Part shown: one piece after another, positions 20,996 through 31,571 of the stretch
Position numbering within the stretch: position 1 is the stretch's first letter
Layout of the letters: the number at the start of each line of letters is the position of its first letter
From: Gemmatimonadota bacterium
Lineage (GTDB): Bacteria; Gemmatimonadota; Gemmatimonadetes; Gemmatimonadales; GWC2-71-9
Assembly (NCBI GenBank): GCA_039588295.1
Contig: JBDHAB010000018.1
Location: 1 to 64,000 of the forward strand
Length of the DNA: 64,000 bases
Reading direction: 5' to 3'
The notes under the pieces: model-generated
Databases searched by the model: none
What the model was told of the DNA's origin: nothing
The model's input: only the letters and a program-made list of their open reading frames with translations
Position numbers and translations under genes: made by a program

Positions 20996-22098
20996 CGCGG
21001 TTTTTCGTGTCCGCAGGCGAAGCCTCGGGAGACGCCTACGCGGCCGATGTGATCCGATCCCTGCGCCAATCGGGATGTGATGCCGAGATCGAGGGTATCG
21101 GTGGCGCGGCGATGGCGGCGGCCGGTGCGCGTCTCTTGGCACGGTCCGAATCGCTGTCCGTGGTAGGACTCGCGGAGGCGGTGACCGAGTTACCGTCGCA
21201 TCTCCGCCTGCTCAGGCAAGTGGCGCGGCACTTTGCGGCGGGGCGTTATGACCTTGCGCTCCTCGTGGATTATCCGGGATTCCACCTCAGGGTCGCGGCA
21301 CGTGCCACGGCCCATGGAGTCCCGGTCGTGTACTACGTTGCGCCGCAGGTGTGGGCGTGGGGCGGCTGGCGGATCCGGGCTCTTCGGGCACGCGTGAGTC
21401 ATCTCGCCGTTGTCCTTCCGTTCGAGTCACGGTTCTTTCAGGAGCATCGGATACCGGCGACGTTCGTTGGGCATCCCGTCCTGGACCGCCCACCCAGCCC
21501 GTCTCGCGACGAAGCCCGACGAGAGCTCGGTCTCCCTCGCGGCGCTACGGTGCTCGGACTGTTTCCTGGAAGCCGGCCGGCAGAACTTCACCGGCTGTGG
21601 CCGACCTTCCGCGACACGGCGCGCGGACTCAGACGAACGATCCCCGGACTCGAGGTTGTGGTGGCTCGGGCACCGGCGACGACCGGCGAGCTCGGGACGG
21701 AGCTTGGCTTTCGCCACGCGGAGGCGCGCACCGTGTTCGCGTGCGCGGACGCCGGTCTCTGCAAGTCGGGAACGGTGACGTTGGAGGGAGCATTGACCGA
21801 CATGCCGATGGTCATCGCGTACCGCGTGCACCCCATCACGTTTGCGTTCGCCCGACGCCTGGTCCGCGTGCCGCAGGTGGGACTGGTGAACCTGCTGGCA
21901 GGGTCCGACGCCGTACCCGAGTTCCTGCAGCGGGCAGCGGTGCCGGCAGAGCTGGAACGTGCGCTGCTGCCCCTGCTGCACCGCGGCGGTCCAGCCGCCG
22001 CACGCCAGCGCCATCACTTCGCCTCCATCCGTCAGGCGCTGGGAACACCGGGCGCGGCGCGGCGGGTGGCTGGCTTGGCCCTGCGGTACGCCGCGTGA
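20992..22098 (+). CDS. lpxB: Lipid-A-disaccharide synthase
   Basis: AGEASGD, DYPGF, YYVAPQVWAW, LPFE, FVGHP, PGSR, SGTVTLE. Confidence 0.95.
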   Translation: MTRFFVSAGEASGDAYAADVIRSLRQSGCDAEIEGIGGAAMAAAGARLLARSESLSVVGLAEAVTELPSHLRLLRQVARHFAAGRYDLALLVDYPGFHLRVAARATAHGVPVVYYVAPQVWAWGGWRIRALRARVSHLAVVLPFESRFFQEHRIPATFVGHPVLDRPPSPSRDEARRELGLPRGATVLGLFPGSRPAELHRLWPTFRDTARGLRRTIPGLEVVVARAPATTGELGTELGFRHAEARTVFACADAGLCKSGTVTLEGALTDMPMVIAYRVHPITFAFARRLVRVPQVGLVNLLAGSDAVPEFLQRAAVPAELERALLPLLHRGGPAAARQRHHFASIRQALGTPGAARRVAGLALRYAA

Positions 22099-22703
22099 CC
22101 GCCAGACTCCTCACCAGGGGGCTCCGGCTCCTGGGCACACTTCTCACACGCTCGTGGAGACTCGAGGTGATTGGGGAGCAGCACCTCCAACGGGTACGGC
22201 GCAGCGGAACGTCGGTCATCTTCACTGTGTGGCATGAGCAGCTCCTGGCGCCCCTCTGGCATCGTCGAGACGAGGACATCACCCTCCTGGTGAGCGGCCA
22301 TCAGGATGGCCGCCTGCTGGCCCGCACGGCGAAGCGCTGGGGATACCGGGTCGTGCACGGGTCGAGCACACGAGGCGGGACCCGTGGACTCCGCGGCCTC
22401 ATCCGGACCCTGCAGGCTGGCGCGGACGTGGCCGTCACGCCGGACGGTCCGCGCGGGCCGGCCAGGGTCGCCAAGCCGGGTGTGCTCGCCGCCGCCCGGC
22501 ACAGCGGAGCATCGATCGTCCCCGTCGCCGCCCATGCCTCGGCTGCGTGGCGGGCACGGTCCTGGGACGGCTTCGTGATTCCCGCGCCGTTCGCGCGCGT
22601 CCGCATTGCGTACGGGCCGCCGATTGGGGCTGCCACTTGCGGACATGAGCGTGAGCTTCTCGAGCGCGGACTGCGCCAGGCCGAGAGCGCCGCCCGATGG
22701 TAG
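22095..22703 (+). CDS. DUF374 acyltransferase (LpxJ-like)
   Basis: WH, LVSGHQDG, GSSTRGG, TPDGPRGP, WDGFVIPAPF; GTG start overlaps the lpxB stop. Confidence 0.85.
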   Translation: MTARLLTRGLRLLGTLLTRSWRLEVIGEQHLQRVRRSGTSVIFTVWHEQLLAPLWHRRDEDITLLVSGHQDGRLLARTAKRWGYRVVHGSSTRGGTRGLRGLIRTLQAGADVAVTPDGPRGPARVAKPGVLAAARHSGASIVPVAAHASAAWRARSWDGFVIPAPFARVRIAYGPPIGAATCGHERELLERGLRQAESAARW

Positions 22704-23734
22704 AGGTAACGCGCTGGATCTGGGCCGATCGGTCGCTGTGGGCCCGCGTATTCCGATTCGCGCTGCTTCCGCCCTCCCTCGTGTACCGCTGGGTCATGGC
22801 GACGCGGGCTCGCGCGTACCGGGCACGGCTTCTTCCGTCCGCCATACCCTTGGTCCCCACGATCTCCATTGGCAACCTGACTGTGGGCGGGTCCGGGAAG
22901 ACGCCCCTTGCCTCGTGGGTCGCCGAGTTCTACGCGGCCAGAGGGCTGCGCCCGGGCATCGTGTTGCGTGGCTATGGCGAGGACGAGGGAGATGTACACC
23001 GAGAACGCGTGCCGGAGGCGATCGTAGTCGAGCATCCAGACCGGGCGGTCGGCGCGGGAAAGGCCGTCAGCCGTGGGGCGCAAGTCATCGTTTTGGATGA
23101 TGCGTTCCAGCGACTGGACATCGGGCGCGACCTCGATGTGGCGGTCGTGAGCGCCGAATCGAGTCGGGCCGCGCGCTGGACCCTCCCCGCAGGTCCGTGG
23201 CGAGAGGGCTGGGCGGCGCTTCGGCGGGCGGACCTCGTGGTCGTCACCCGCAAGCGTGCGGACCGTGCCACCGCTCTGGCGGTGGCGCACCGCATTCACG
23301 AGACGGCTCCGGCGGCCCGGCTCGCCATGGCGCGCCTTGGCATCGTGGGCTTCCACAGCCTCATCAGCGAGCAGCGATTCCCGGCGGAGGTGCTGTCGGG
23401 CGGGAGGGTCTTGGCGAGTGCGGGCATTGCCGACCCCGATGCTTTCGCCGACCAGTGCGAGCAGCTTGGTGCCCAGGTCCGACTGGTCCGCTTCTCCGAC
23501 CATCATCGGTACGCGGACAGCGACGTGCGCCGGCTGCTGCACGCCGCAAGCCAGGTTGATTACGTTGTAGTCACACAAAAAGACGCCGTGAAGCTCCGCC
23601 ACCGATGGCCAGCCACGGCACCGGAGCCTCTCGTAGCGCAACTCGGCGTGTTTTGGGAGCGAGGCCGCGCGGCGGTGGAAACAGCACTCAACGCAGCGGT
23701 CAGCGATGTTGCGGAGCTCCTCAACTCGGAATAG
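22697..23734 (+). CDS. lpxK: Tetraacyldisaccharide 4'-kinase
   Basis: [46 protein letters not shown]. Confidence 0.95.
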   Translation: MVEVTRWIWADRSLWARVFRFALLPPSLVYRWVMATRARAYRARLLPSAIPLVPTISIGNLTVGGSGKTPLASWVAEFYAARGLRPGIVLRGYGEDEGDVHRERVPEAIVVEHPDRAVGAGKAVSRGAQVIVLDDAFQRLDIGRDLDVAVVSAESSRAARWTLPAGPWREGWAALRRADLVVVTRKRADRATALAVAHRIHETAPAARLAMARLGIVGFHSLISEQRFPAEVLSGGRVLASAGIADPDAFADQCEQLGAQVRLVRFSDHHRYADSDVRRLLHAASQVDYVVVTQKDAVKLRHRWPATAPEPLVAQLGVFWERGRAAVETALNAAVSDVAELLNSE

Positions 23735-23768
23735 GCGGCATCGCGGACCACATCCTCTCGATACGACA

Positions 23769-25091
23769 ATGAGCGAAGGCACAGCCATCCCATCCCAGGC
23801 CCGTACCGCGGTCGACATCCTCGGTCCCGACAAGGATCCACACCTGGATGAAGACAACCCGTTTGAGGCGATGATGGCTCGGTTCGATCACGCCGCTGAG
23901 CTCCTCGACCTCGATCCCGGGATCTACCGAGTCCTGCGCGTGCCCGACAAACAGTTCATCACTGCCATTCCCATTCACCGCGACAACGGTGACCTGGAGG
24001 TCTTCATCGGCTATCGGGTCATCCATAACACCGCGCGGGGCCCGGGTAAGGGGGGGATTCGGTTCGATAGCCGGGTGTCGCTCGACGAGGTCAAGGCGCT
24101 CGCGGCGTGGATGACGTGGAAGTGCGCGGTCGTGAACATCCCGTTCGGGGGGGCGAAGGGAGGCGTCGTCTGCGACCCCACGACGCTGTCCATCAAGGAA
24201 CTCGAGCGCATCACCCGGCGCTACACGGCCGCGCTCCTAGACGTCTTCGGTCCCGAATCGGATATCCCGGCGCCCGACGTCAACACGAATGAGCGGGTGA
24301 TGGCCTGGATCATGGACACGTTCTCGATGCACCAGCGTCATCCGGTCACCGCCGTCGTGACAGGAAAGCCGGTGGAGATGGGAGGATCGCACGGTCGCCG
24401 AGAGGCCACGGGTCGGGGGTGTATGATTGCCACTCGCGAAGCCTTGAAGCATCTCGGTCTCCCGCTTCGCGGCACCAAGATGGCGGTCCAGGGATTTGGC
24501 AACGTGGGTTCCGTCGCCGCGCAATTGCTCGAGCGCGAGGGTCTGACCGTCGTCGCCGCAAGCGACGTCTCCGGAGCCATCTACAACCCGAACGGGATCC
24601 ACGTGGATGACGCGATCCACTGGGTGCGGGAGCATCGTCACCTCAGCGGATACCCTCACGCCGAATCCATCCCACCGGAGCAGCTGTTCAGCATGGACGT
24701 GGACGTGTTGCTCCCCGCCGCGGTAGAGAACGCCATCACGCGGAAGAACGCCCACGAGGTTCAGGCCACGGTGATTTGCGAGGGGGCGAACGGTCCGACC
24801 ACGGCCGGTGCCGATCGCATTCTCGAAGACCAGGGCGTGTTCGTCGTCCCGGACATCTTGGCCAACGCGGGCGGCGTCACCGTGAGCTACTTCGAGTGGG
24901 TGCAAGACCGCATGGGATACTTCTGGGACGAGACAATGGTGAACGAGCGTCTGGAGTCGGTTATCACCCGATCGTTCCTGGACGTTGCGTCCGTGGCGGA
25001 ACGTCACGGGGTCAACATGCGAATAGCCGCCTACATGCTTGCCATCGAACGGGTCGCCGCCGTCCACCGCTTACGCGGTCTCTATGCCTAA
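23769..25091 (+). CDS. gdhA: Glu/Leu/Phe/Val dehydrogenase (glutamate dehydrogenase)
   Basis: [46 protein letters not shown]. Confidence 0.93.
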   Translation: MSEGTAIPSQARTAVDILGPDKDPHLDEDNPFEAMMARFDHAAELLDLDPGIYRVLRVPDKQFITAIPIHRDNGDLEVFIGYRVIHNTARGPGKGGIRFDSRVSLDEVKALAAWMTWKCAVVNIPFGGAKGGVVCDPTTLSIKELERITRRYTAALLDVFGPESDIPAPDVNTNERVMAWIMDTFSMHQRHPVTAVVTGKPVEMGGSHGRREATGRGCMIATREALKHLGLPLRGTKMAVQGFGNVGSVAAQLLEREGLTVVAASDVSGAIYNPNGIHVDDAIHWVREHRHLSGYPHAESIPPEQLFSMDVDVLLPAAVENAITRKNAHEVQATVICEGANGPTTAGADRILEDQGVFVVPDILANAGGVTVSYFEWVQDRMGYFWDETMVNERLESVITRSFLDVASVAERHGVNMRIAAYMLAIERVAAVHRLRGLYA

Positions 25092-25567
25092 TGCGAGTCC
25101 GCCTTGTTGCCGTGGGGCGGGTGCGGGACGCCGTGCTGCGCGAGGCGTGCGAGCACTACCTCGCGCGCGTTCGGCAACATCTCCCGCTCGAAGTCACGGA
25201 GGTACGAGAAGCCGGACGCACTGACCGTGACGCGGCGAACGGTCGCCGCGCGGAGGCGGAGGCACTGCTGCGTTCCGCAGGTCGTGGCACACGATTGGTG
25301 GCGCTGAGCCGGGAAGGTGTGGCGGAGAGCAGTGAACGGTTCGCACGCAGGCTCGAGGGTTGGCAACTCGACGCGCGCAACGTGGCGCTCTTGCTCGGCG
25401 GAGCGCACGGCCTCGATCGGCAGCTCCTGGAGCGGTCCGACGAAGTCCTCAGCCTCTCGACCCTGACGCTGCCACACGAGCTCGCCCGGCTGGTGCTGCT
25501 GGAGCAGCTCTACCGCGCGGGCACGATTCTCCGTCGCGAGCCCTACCACAAGGGCGAGGGGTCATGA
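25091..25567 (+). CDS. rlmH: 23S rRNA (pseudouridine-1915-N3)-methyltransferase
   Basis: [44 protein letters not shown]. Confidence 0.95.
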   Translation: MRVRLVAVGRVRDAVLREACEHYLARVRQHLPLEVTEVREAGRTDRDAANGRRAEAEALLRSAGRGTRLVALSREGVAESSERFARRLEGWQLDARNVALLLGGAHGLDRQLLERSDEVLSLSTLTLPHELARLVLLEQLYRAGTILRREPYHKGEGS

Positions 25568-26289
25568 CCGAGTGGTTCGAGCAGTGGTTTGGCGAGGAAT
25601 ACCTCCAGCTCTACCCGCACCGGGACGATGCGGAGGCTGTCCAGATGGCCGCACTGGTGGCGCAGCAGGTGCCGCTCGCCGGGCGTCACATGTTGGATCT
25701 GGCTTGTGGGCCCGGGCGGCACGCGAGGCACTTCCGGCAGCACGGCGCCCGTGTGGTCGGCTATGATCTCTCGATGCCGCTCTTGAGCAGGGCGAAGCAT
25801 CGCTCGGTCGAGGGGCCATTGAGCCTCGTGCGCGGAGACATGCGGCGACTACCGTTCAGTGACGCGGCCTTCGACGTGGTCGTCAACCTCTTCACCAGCT
25901 TCGGGTACTTCACCGATGATCAGCAACACCGGGAGGTGCTTCGGGAAGCGGCGCGGGTGCTGCGAGCCAGCGGCATGTTCGTGCTCGACTACCTGAACCC
26001 CACCAGCGTGACGCAAGGGCTGGTTGCCCACGAGGAACGACAAGTCGGAGAGCAGCGGGTGGCAATCGAGCGTCGCATCTCCGAAGATCAGCGCTTTGTG
26101 ATCAAGGAGATTCACTTGGTGGATGACGGGCGGAGTTTCGTTGAGCGGGTCCGACTGTTCTCGGCGGTGGACCTCGAGGCAATGCTGTGCGAGGTCGATC
26201 TCACCGTGCTGGCACGGTACGGTGACTATAGCGGTCGCCCGATGGCGCCGCTTGCGCCGCGAACCATTCTCTTCGCCGAACGACCGTGA
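25564..26289 (+). CDS. Class I SAM-dependent methyltransferase (possible bacillithiol N-methyltransferase)
   Basis: WFEQWFGEEYLQLYPHRD, LDLACGPGRH, GDMR, NLFTSFGYF; overlaps the bshC start. Confidence 0.88.
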   Translation: MTEWFEQWFGEEYLQLYPHRDDAEAVQMAALVAQQVPLAGRHMLDLACGPGRHARHFRQHGARVVGYDLSMPLLSRAKHRSVEGPLSLVRGDMRRLPFSDAAFDVVVNLFTSFGYFTDDQQHREVLREAARVLRASGMFVLDYLNPTSVTQGLVAHEERQVGEQRVAIERRISEDQRFVIKEIHLVDDGRSFVERVRLFSAVDLEAMLCEVDLTVLARYGDYSGRPMAPLAPRTILFAERP

Positions 26290-27815
26290 ATCTCTCCATC
26301 GAGACGACCCCGATCGCCGACCGTCCCTCGATCGACTGGGAGCGGCTCGCCGAACGTCGGTCCGTTGCCGTTGATGCCGGACTGCGGGAAGCTTTCGTGG
26401 CGCCCGGGGCCGCTGCGGAGAACCTGGGGCGACTGGTGTCCGGGGATGCCCTCTGCATCACCACGGGACAGCAGCCGGGGCTGTTGACCGGCCCCTTGTT
26501 CACCGTATACAAGGCGCTGACCGCCATTGCGCTCGCGCGATCGCTTGGGACCCGCCTGACCCGGCACGTCGTGCCGGTATTCTGGGTGGCGGGCGACGAC
26601 CACGACTTTGCCGAGGCAAACCATCTGCATCTCGTGACGGCGGGCAACGACGTCGTGCAGGTTACGCTGCGGCAACGCGATCCGTCGTCTCCTCTTGTTC
26701 CGCTCTACAAGGAACCGCTCGGTGACGCCATCGATGCCGTCACCGACGCGCTCACGCAGCACACGCCGGATACCGAGTTTCGGGCTGACATACTCGCGTG
26801 GGTTGCACGGCACTACCATCCAGACGCCAACTTTGCCGATGCCTTCGCCGGCGCGCTCGCCGAGCTCTTGGGCCCCGCAGGACTGATCGTGTTGCGTCCG
26901 ACTCATCCGAATGTGAAACGCGCGATGGCCCCGTGGTTGATGTCGGCCTTGCGGCAGGCAGCCGATCTGGATCAGTCACTCGAGCGGCGCGCCGCGGAGT
27001 TGCGCCAGCGGGGTCGGGCGGTACCGGTACCGGTCGGAGACGGTGCGACGACCGTGATGCTCGAGGGACGCCTCGGTCGTGATCGCCTCATGCAGGATGG
27101 TGACCATTTCGTGACCCGACGGTCTGGAGAGACATGGTCCCTCGCAGAGCTGCAGGAGATCGCCGCGAGCGAGCCGAGTCGGTTGTCACCGAACGTGCTG
27201 CTCAGACCGGTCGTTGAGGCTGCCCTGCTGCCGTCGCTCGCGTATGTGGCGGGACCCGGGGAACTGTCGTACCTCGCGCAATGTGCTCCGATCTACGAGG
27301 CCTTGGCGGTCGAACCGCAGGCCGCGTTTCCGCGCTGGTCGGGACGGGTTGTCGAGCAGCGGATCGCGAAGGTTCTCACGAAGTACGGCGTGGGCGCCGC
27401 CGATCTCCACGCCCAGCCCGGCGCACTCGAGGCGTCGCTGGTACGAGACGACATGCCGGAGGATGCCTCGGACGCGTTGAACACCCTGCGGAGCACGCTG
27501 AAGGCGGAATATGACCGGCTGCAGGATGCTGCGACGCAGGTCGATCCAACGCTGCGCAAGACCGTACAGTCGGCCCGCAACGCTGCGCTCTCCGGGACGG
27601 ACGACATCGAACGACGTCTCATCGCGCACCTCAAGAAGCAGAACGAGATCGTGGTTCAGCAAATCGCCAAGGCGCGGCAGCATCTCTTCCCGACAGGCAA
27701 GCCACAGGAACGGGTGCTGAACATCGTCCCGTATCTCGTCCGTTACGGCGCCGGTGTCGTCGATCACTTGCTCGAGACAGTGCAGGCGTCCCTGGCATCC
27801 CGCGCAGACGGATAG
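26286..27815 (+). CDS. bshC: Bacillithiol biosynthesis cysteine-adding enzyme
   Basis: TTGQQPGLLTGPLFTVYKA, PVFWVAGDDHD, SPNVLLRP, YVAGPGELSY, PQERVLN. Confidence 0.93.
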   Translation: MNLSIETTPIADRPSIDWERLAERRSVAVDAGLREAFVAPGAAAENLGRLVSGDALCITTGQQPGLLTGPLFTVYKALTAIALARSLGTRLTRHVVPVFWVAGDDHDFAEANHLHLVTAGNDVVQVTLRQRDPSSPLVPLYKEPLGDAIDAVTDALTQHTPDTEFRADILAWVARHYHPDANFADAFAGALAELLGPAGLIVLRPTHPNVKRAMAPWLMSALRQAADLDQSLERRAAELRQRGRAVPVPVGDGATTVMLEGRLGRDRLMQDGDHFVTRRSGETWSLAELQEIAASEPSRLSPNVLLRPVVEAALLPSLAYVAGPGELSYLAQCAPIYEALAVEPQAAFPRWSGRVVEQRIAKVLTKYGVGAADLHAQPGALEASLVRDDMPEDASDALNTLRSTLKAEYDRLQDAATQVDPTLRKTVQSARNAALSGTDDIERRLIAHLKKQNEIVVQQIAKARQHLFPTGKPQERVLNIVPYLVRYGAGVVDHLLETVQASLASRADG

Positions 27816-27824
27816 CCGCCGGCT

Positions 27825-28130
27825 ATGCTCTGGGTCTTGGCGTTCGCGGTCCTGTTTCTCGCACTCCTCATACCGACCCTAGCGGTTCTGCTCGACGCGC
27901 CGGCGCTGCGGCGGCGCAAGGGCGGAGGAAGCGGCTCCGTCCCGATCGAGCAACCGGGACTCCATGTCGTTGAGGAACTCACCCGGCGCCTCCTCTTGCT
28001 GGAGGATGATCTCGACGAGCTGCGACGGACCGTCCAAGCCCTGCAGGACGACGTCGACGTCCTGCAGGGACAGCTCGATGCGACCGCGACGCCGGATGCG
28101 GGACGTCCGCCCGCGCCGCCCAGCAACTAG
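27825..28130 (+). CDS. Small single-pass membrane protein with coiled coil
   Basis: N-terminal TM helix and heptad-rich C-terminus; fills the bshC-murJ gap. Confidence 0.65.
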   Translation: MLWVLAFAVLFLALLIPTLAVLLDAPALRRRKGGGSGSVPIEQPGLHVVEELTRRLLLLEDDLDELRRTVQALQDDVDVLQGQLDATATPDAGRPPAPPSN

Positions 28131-28132
28131 GC

Positions 28133-29653
28133 ATGGCGCACACCGAGGGTCGTCTGGCCGCCCGCGTCGGCGCGGGGATTCTGCTCACTCGAATCCTCGG
28201 GTTCGTGCGGGAGCGGGTCTTCGCGCACTACTTCGGTGACGGCCCGGCCGCCGACGCGTTTCGCGCGGCGCTCCGCATTCCGAACGTCATCCGCAACCTG
28301 CTCGGCGAGGGGACACTCTCGGCGTCGTTCATTCCCGTCTACGCGGGCATGATCGAGCGTGGCGACACTGACGGCGCCCGTCGGCTCGCCGGGGTGATCG
28401 TCTCGCTGCTGATCCTGCTGACCGCCGGTGCGGCACTCCTCGGCATTCTCCTGGCGCCGATCATCACGGGCTTTGTCGCTCCAGGGTTTTCGGGGTCCAC
28501 GCGCGATCTCACCATCAGGCTCGTCGAGATCATGTTCCCCATGTTCGGGGTCCTCATCATTTCCGCGTGGTGTCTCGGCGTGCTCAACACCCACCGCCGG
28601 TTCTTCCTTTCCTACGCGGCGCCGGCGGTGTGGAACATCGTGCAAATCGCGACCTTGATCGTGTTGGGTGGGGCGCTGCTCGACGTTCGTCTGGTGGTCG
28701 CGCTCGCGTGGGGGGCGTTGTTCGGAAGCGTGCTCCAGGTGGCAATCCAACTTCCGACCACCGTACGGCTGATCGAGCGAGTGCATTGGAGCCTGCGACT
28801 CGACACGCCCGGTGTGCGCCACGTCATGCGCGCCTGGGTTCCGGTGGTGTTCGGCGCAGGGGCGTACCAGGTCTCCAGCATCATCGACACCCAGCTTGCG
28901 TCGCTGCTGGACCCGGGTTCGGTGGCGATCTTGGGTTACGCTCAGCTCGTTGCGATCCTCCCGGTGTCGCTGTTCGGCGTGAGCGTGGCGGCAGTGGCGC
29001 TCCCGGAGCTGAGCCGTGACGTGGCCGACGACGACGACGCGGTGCTTCGCGCCAGGGTGGCGACCGGCCTCCGTCGCATCGCGTTCTTCGTACTGCCTTC
29101 GGCCGTCGCGTTTGCCGCACTCGGACCGGAGATCCTCGGTGCCCTGTTCCAGACGGGCGCGTTCGGTGCAACGCAGACGGCGATCGCAGCGGGCGTGCTG
29201 GCCGCATACGCGATCGGAGTGCCGGCACAAGCATCGCTCAAACTCCTCGCCTCCGGGCACTATGCGTTTCGGGACACCCGGACGCCCGTGAGCATCGCCG
29301 TGCTCTCTGTGATCGTCTCCGCGGGCACGGCCTACGGCTTGATGCAGTACTTCGGCCCGGCCGGAATCGCCCTCGGCGCGGCGACCGGCGCCTATGTCAA
29401 CATGCTGCTCAACTACGGTGCGTTGTCTCGCAAGGTGACAGGCCTGCTGGGACCCTCCGAACTCCGAGCGATCATGACCTGTATCGTCGCCGTCGTGCCC
29501 GCGGCGCTCCTGGGCCTCTGGCTCGCCAGCCTCCTGCAACAATCTCTGTGGGTCGCCGCCCTCGGATCCCTTGCGGGGTTTGGATTAGCTTACGGTGGGG
29601 TGACGGCGGCCTTGGGACATCCCGACGCGCGACAGCTGTTGCGGCGGCGCTAG
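28133..29653 (+). CDS. murJ: Lipid II flippase
   Basis: RILGFVRE, DAFRAALRIPN..RNLLGEGTLSASFIP, DTRTP; multiple TM helices. Confidence 0.95.
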   Translation: MAHTEGRLAARVGAGILLTRILGFVRERVFAHYFGDGPAADAFRAALRIPNVIRNLLGEGTLSASFIPVYAGMIERGDTDGARRLAGVIVSLLILLTAGAALLGILLAPIITGFVAPGFSGSTRDLTIRLVEIMFPMFGVLIISAWCLGVLNTHRRFFLSYAAPAVWNIVQIATLIVLGGALLDVRLVVALAWGALFGSVLQVAIQLPTTVRLIERVHWSLRLDTPGVRHVMRAWVPVVFGAGAYQVSSIIDTQLASLLDPGSVAILGYAQLVAILPVSLFGVSVAAVALPELSRDVADDDDAVLRARVATGLRRIAFFVLPSAVAFAALGPEILGALFQTGAFGATQTAIAAGVLAAYAIGVPAQASLKLLASGHYAFRDTRTPVSIAVLSVIVSAGTAYGLMQYFGPAGIALGAATGAYVNMLLNYGALSRKVTGLLGPSELRAIMTCIVAVVPAALLGLWLASLLQQSLWVAALGSLAGFGLAYGGVTAALGHPDARQLLRRR

Positions 29654-29732
29654 AAGGCGGACCCCGCGGCGTCCCGTCGGACGGCGAAGCCGAACGCCGA
29701 AGGTCTCGCGAAACGCAGCATTTTGAGAGTGT

Positions 29733-31571
29733 ATGGTCGACCTCCCGCCTGACATCGAGCGTAAGCTCGCCGCCTTGCCGGACGAGCCCGGCGTCTATCT
29801 GTGGAAGGATGCCGGTGGGGCCGTGTTGTACATCGGTAAGGCCAAGCGGCTCAAGCAGCGAGTCCGGAACTACTTCACGAGCGATCACTCGCACAGCCCC
29901 AAGAACAGGATGCTGCTGCGCCTGATTCACGACCTCGACACAATCGTGGTGCCGTCTGAGTCGCAGGCGCTCCTGCTCGAGAACAACCTCATCAAGGAGT
30001 ATCGGCCCCGCTTCAACGTTCAACTTCGTGACGACAAGAGCTACCCGCGTATCGCCGTAACGCTCGACGAGCCGTTTCCTCGAGTGCTGGTCGTGCGCCG
30101 TCTCAACATCAAAGCTGCCCGGTTCTTCGGTCCCTATACGGACGTGGGGGTGTTGCGCCGAACGCTGCGGATCATCCGGCGGCTCTTCACGGTTCGCTCG
30201 TGTCATTACGACCTGCCAACCGAGGCGCCCGATCGACCATGTCTCGACTACCACATCCGTCGCTGCTTAGCGCCATGCGTCGACCTCCAGAGCAGGAAGG
30301 AGTATCGACGCATGATCGACGACGTGGTTGCGTTTCTCGAGGGAAAGACGGTGGTGGTACGGGCCCGGCTGCGGGAGCGGATGGAGGAAGCGGCCACACG
30401 CCTCGACTTCGAGCGCGCCGCAGAGATTCGAAACGCGCTGCAGTGGTTGGAGCAGCTCGAACAGCCACAGAGCGTGGAGGTCGTCGGAGGGCGCGATGCC
30501 GACGTGCTCGGATTCGCCCGGGACGGCGATGACGCCATCGGTGTCGTGGTGCGGGTACGAACGGGCAAGATGGTTGCGCGCGAGCAGCGGTTCTTCCAGA
30601 ATCTGGCGGAAACATCGGACGCCGAGATTCTCAGCCGCTTTGTCGTCCAACACTACCTGGTCTCCGAAACACGCGCGCGGCGGGTGGTACTGCCGTTCGT
30701 CCCCGCCGACTTCGAGGCCCTGGCGCAGCTCGCGCCCGACGCGGACTGGTTGATTCCCAAGCGCGGGGTGAACCAACGCCTGGTCGCGCTCGCCGATCAG
30801 AACGCACGACACCTGCTCGAGAGCTTCAAGCTCGAGTCGTTCGAAACCGAGGAGCGCGTCCAGGATCCCGTCTACGCGCTGGGCCGCGACCTTGGCCTCA
30901 CCATCGTGCCGCGGAGCTTCGTCTGCATTGATGTGTCCACGAACCAGGGACGCGACACCGTTGGATCGCTCGTGTGGTTCGAAAGCGGCCGGCCCAAGAA
31001 GAGTGAGTATCGGCGTTATCGGATTCGTGGTCTCGCCGAGTCGGAGGAATCAGGCGCCGAGGCTCCGCGACAGGACGACTATGCCGCGGTCCACGAGGTC
31101 GTGACGCGTTTTGTCCGACGCCGATCTGAGGAGAACAAGCCCCTCCCCGATCTACTCGTGATCGACGGCGGCAAGGGGCAGCTCCATGCGGCTGTGACAG
31201 CCCTGGAAGAGCTGGGCGTTGCCGAGCTGCCGACCGCGAGTCTCGCCAAACGGGAGGAAGAGGTGTTTCTTCCGGGCCGGAAGCAGAGCCTCAGGCTCCC
31301 GGCACGCGCCCCCTCGCTCAGGCTCCTGCAAAGAGCCCGGGACGAGGCGCACCGGTTCGCCGTCACCTACAGTCGTAAGCGGCGCACCCAACGTACCGTC
31401 ACGTCGGAGCTGCTGAACATTCCCGGCGTAGGAGACAAGCGCCGACGCCAGTTGCTCGAGCAGTTTGGCAGCCTCGCCGGCGTGCGGCTCGCGACACCCG
31501 AAGAGATCGCGGCCCTGCCGGGCTTTTCCCTCAAACTCGCCGATCGAATTCTCGAGAGCGTCAAACCATGA
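29733..31571 (+). CDS. uvrC: Excinuclease ABC subunit C
   Basis: PGVY..LYIGKAK GIY-YIG, DDKSYP, Cys cluster, PDLLVIDGGKGQ, DEAHRFA, HhH. Confidence 0.96.
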   Translation: MVDLPPDIERKLAALPDEPGVYLWKDAGGAVLYIGKAKRLKQRVRNYFTSDHSHSPKNRMLLRLIHDLDTIVVPSESQALLLENNLIKEYRPRFNVQLRDDKSYPRIAVTLDEPFPRVLVVRRLNIKAARFFGPYTDVGVLRRTLRIIRRLFTVRSCHYDLPTEAPDRPCLDYHIRRCLAPCVDLQSRKEYRRMIDDVVAFLEGKTVVVRARLRERMEEAATRLDFERAAEIRNALQWLEQLEQPQSVEVVGGRDADVLGFARDGDDAIGVVVRVRTGKMVAREQRFFQNLAETSDAEILSRFVVQHYLVSETRARRVVLPFVPADFEALAQLAPDADWLIPKRGVNQRLVALADQNARHLLESFKLESFETEERVQDPVYALGRDLGLTIVPRSFVCIDVSTNQGRDTVGSLVWFESGRPKKSEYRRYRIRGLAESEESGAEAPRQDDYAAVHEVVTRFVRRRSEENKPLPDLLVIDGGKGQLHAAVTALEELGVAELPTASLAKREEEVFLPGRKQSLRLPARAPSLRLLQRARDEAHRFAVTYSRKRRTQRTVTSELLNIPGVGDKRRRQLLEQFGSLAGVRLATPEEIAALPGFSLKLADRILESVKP

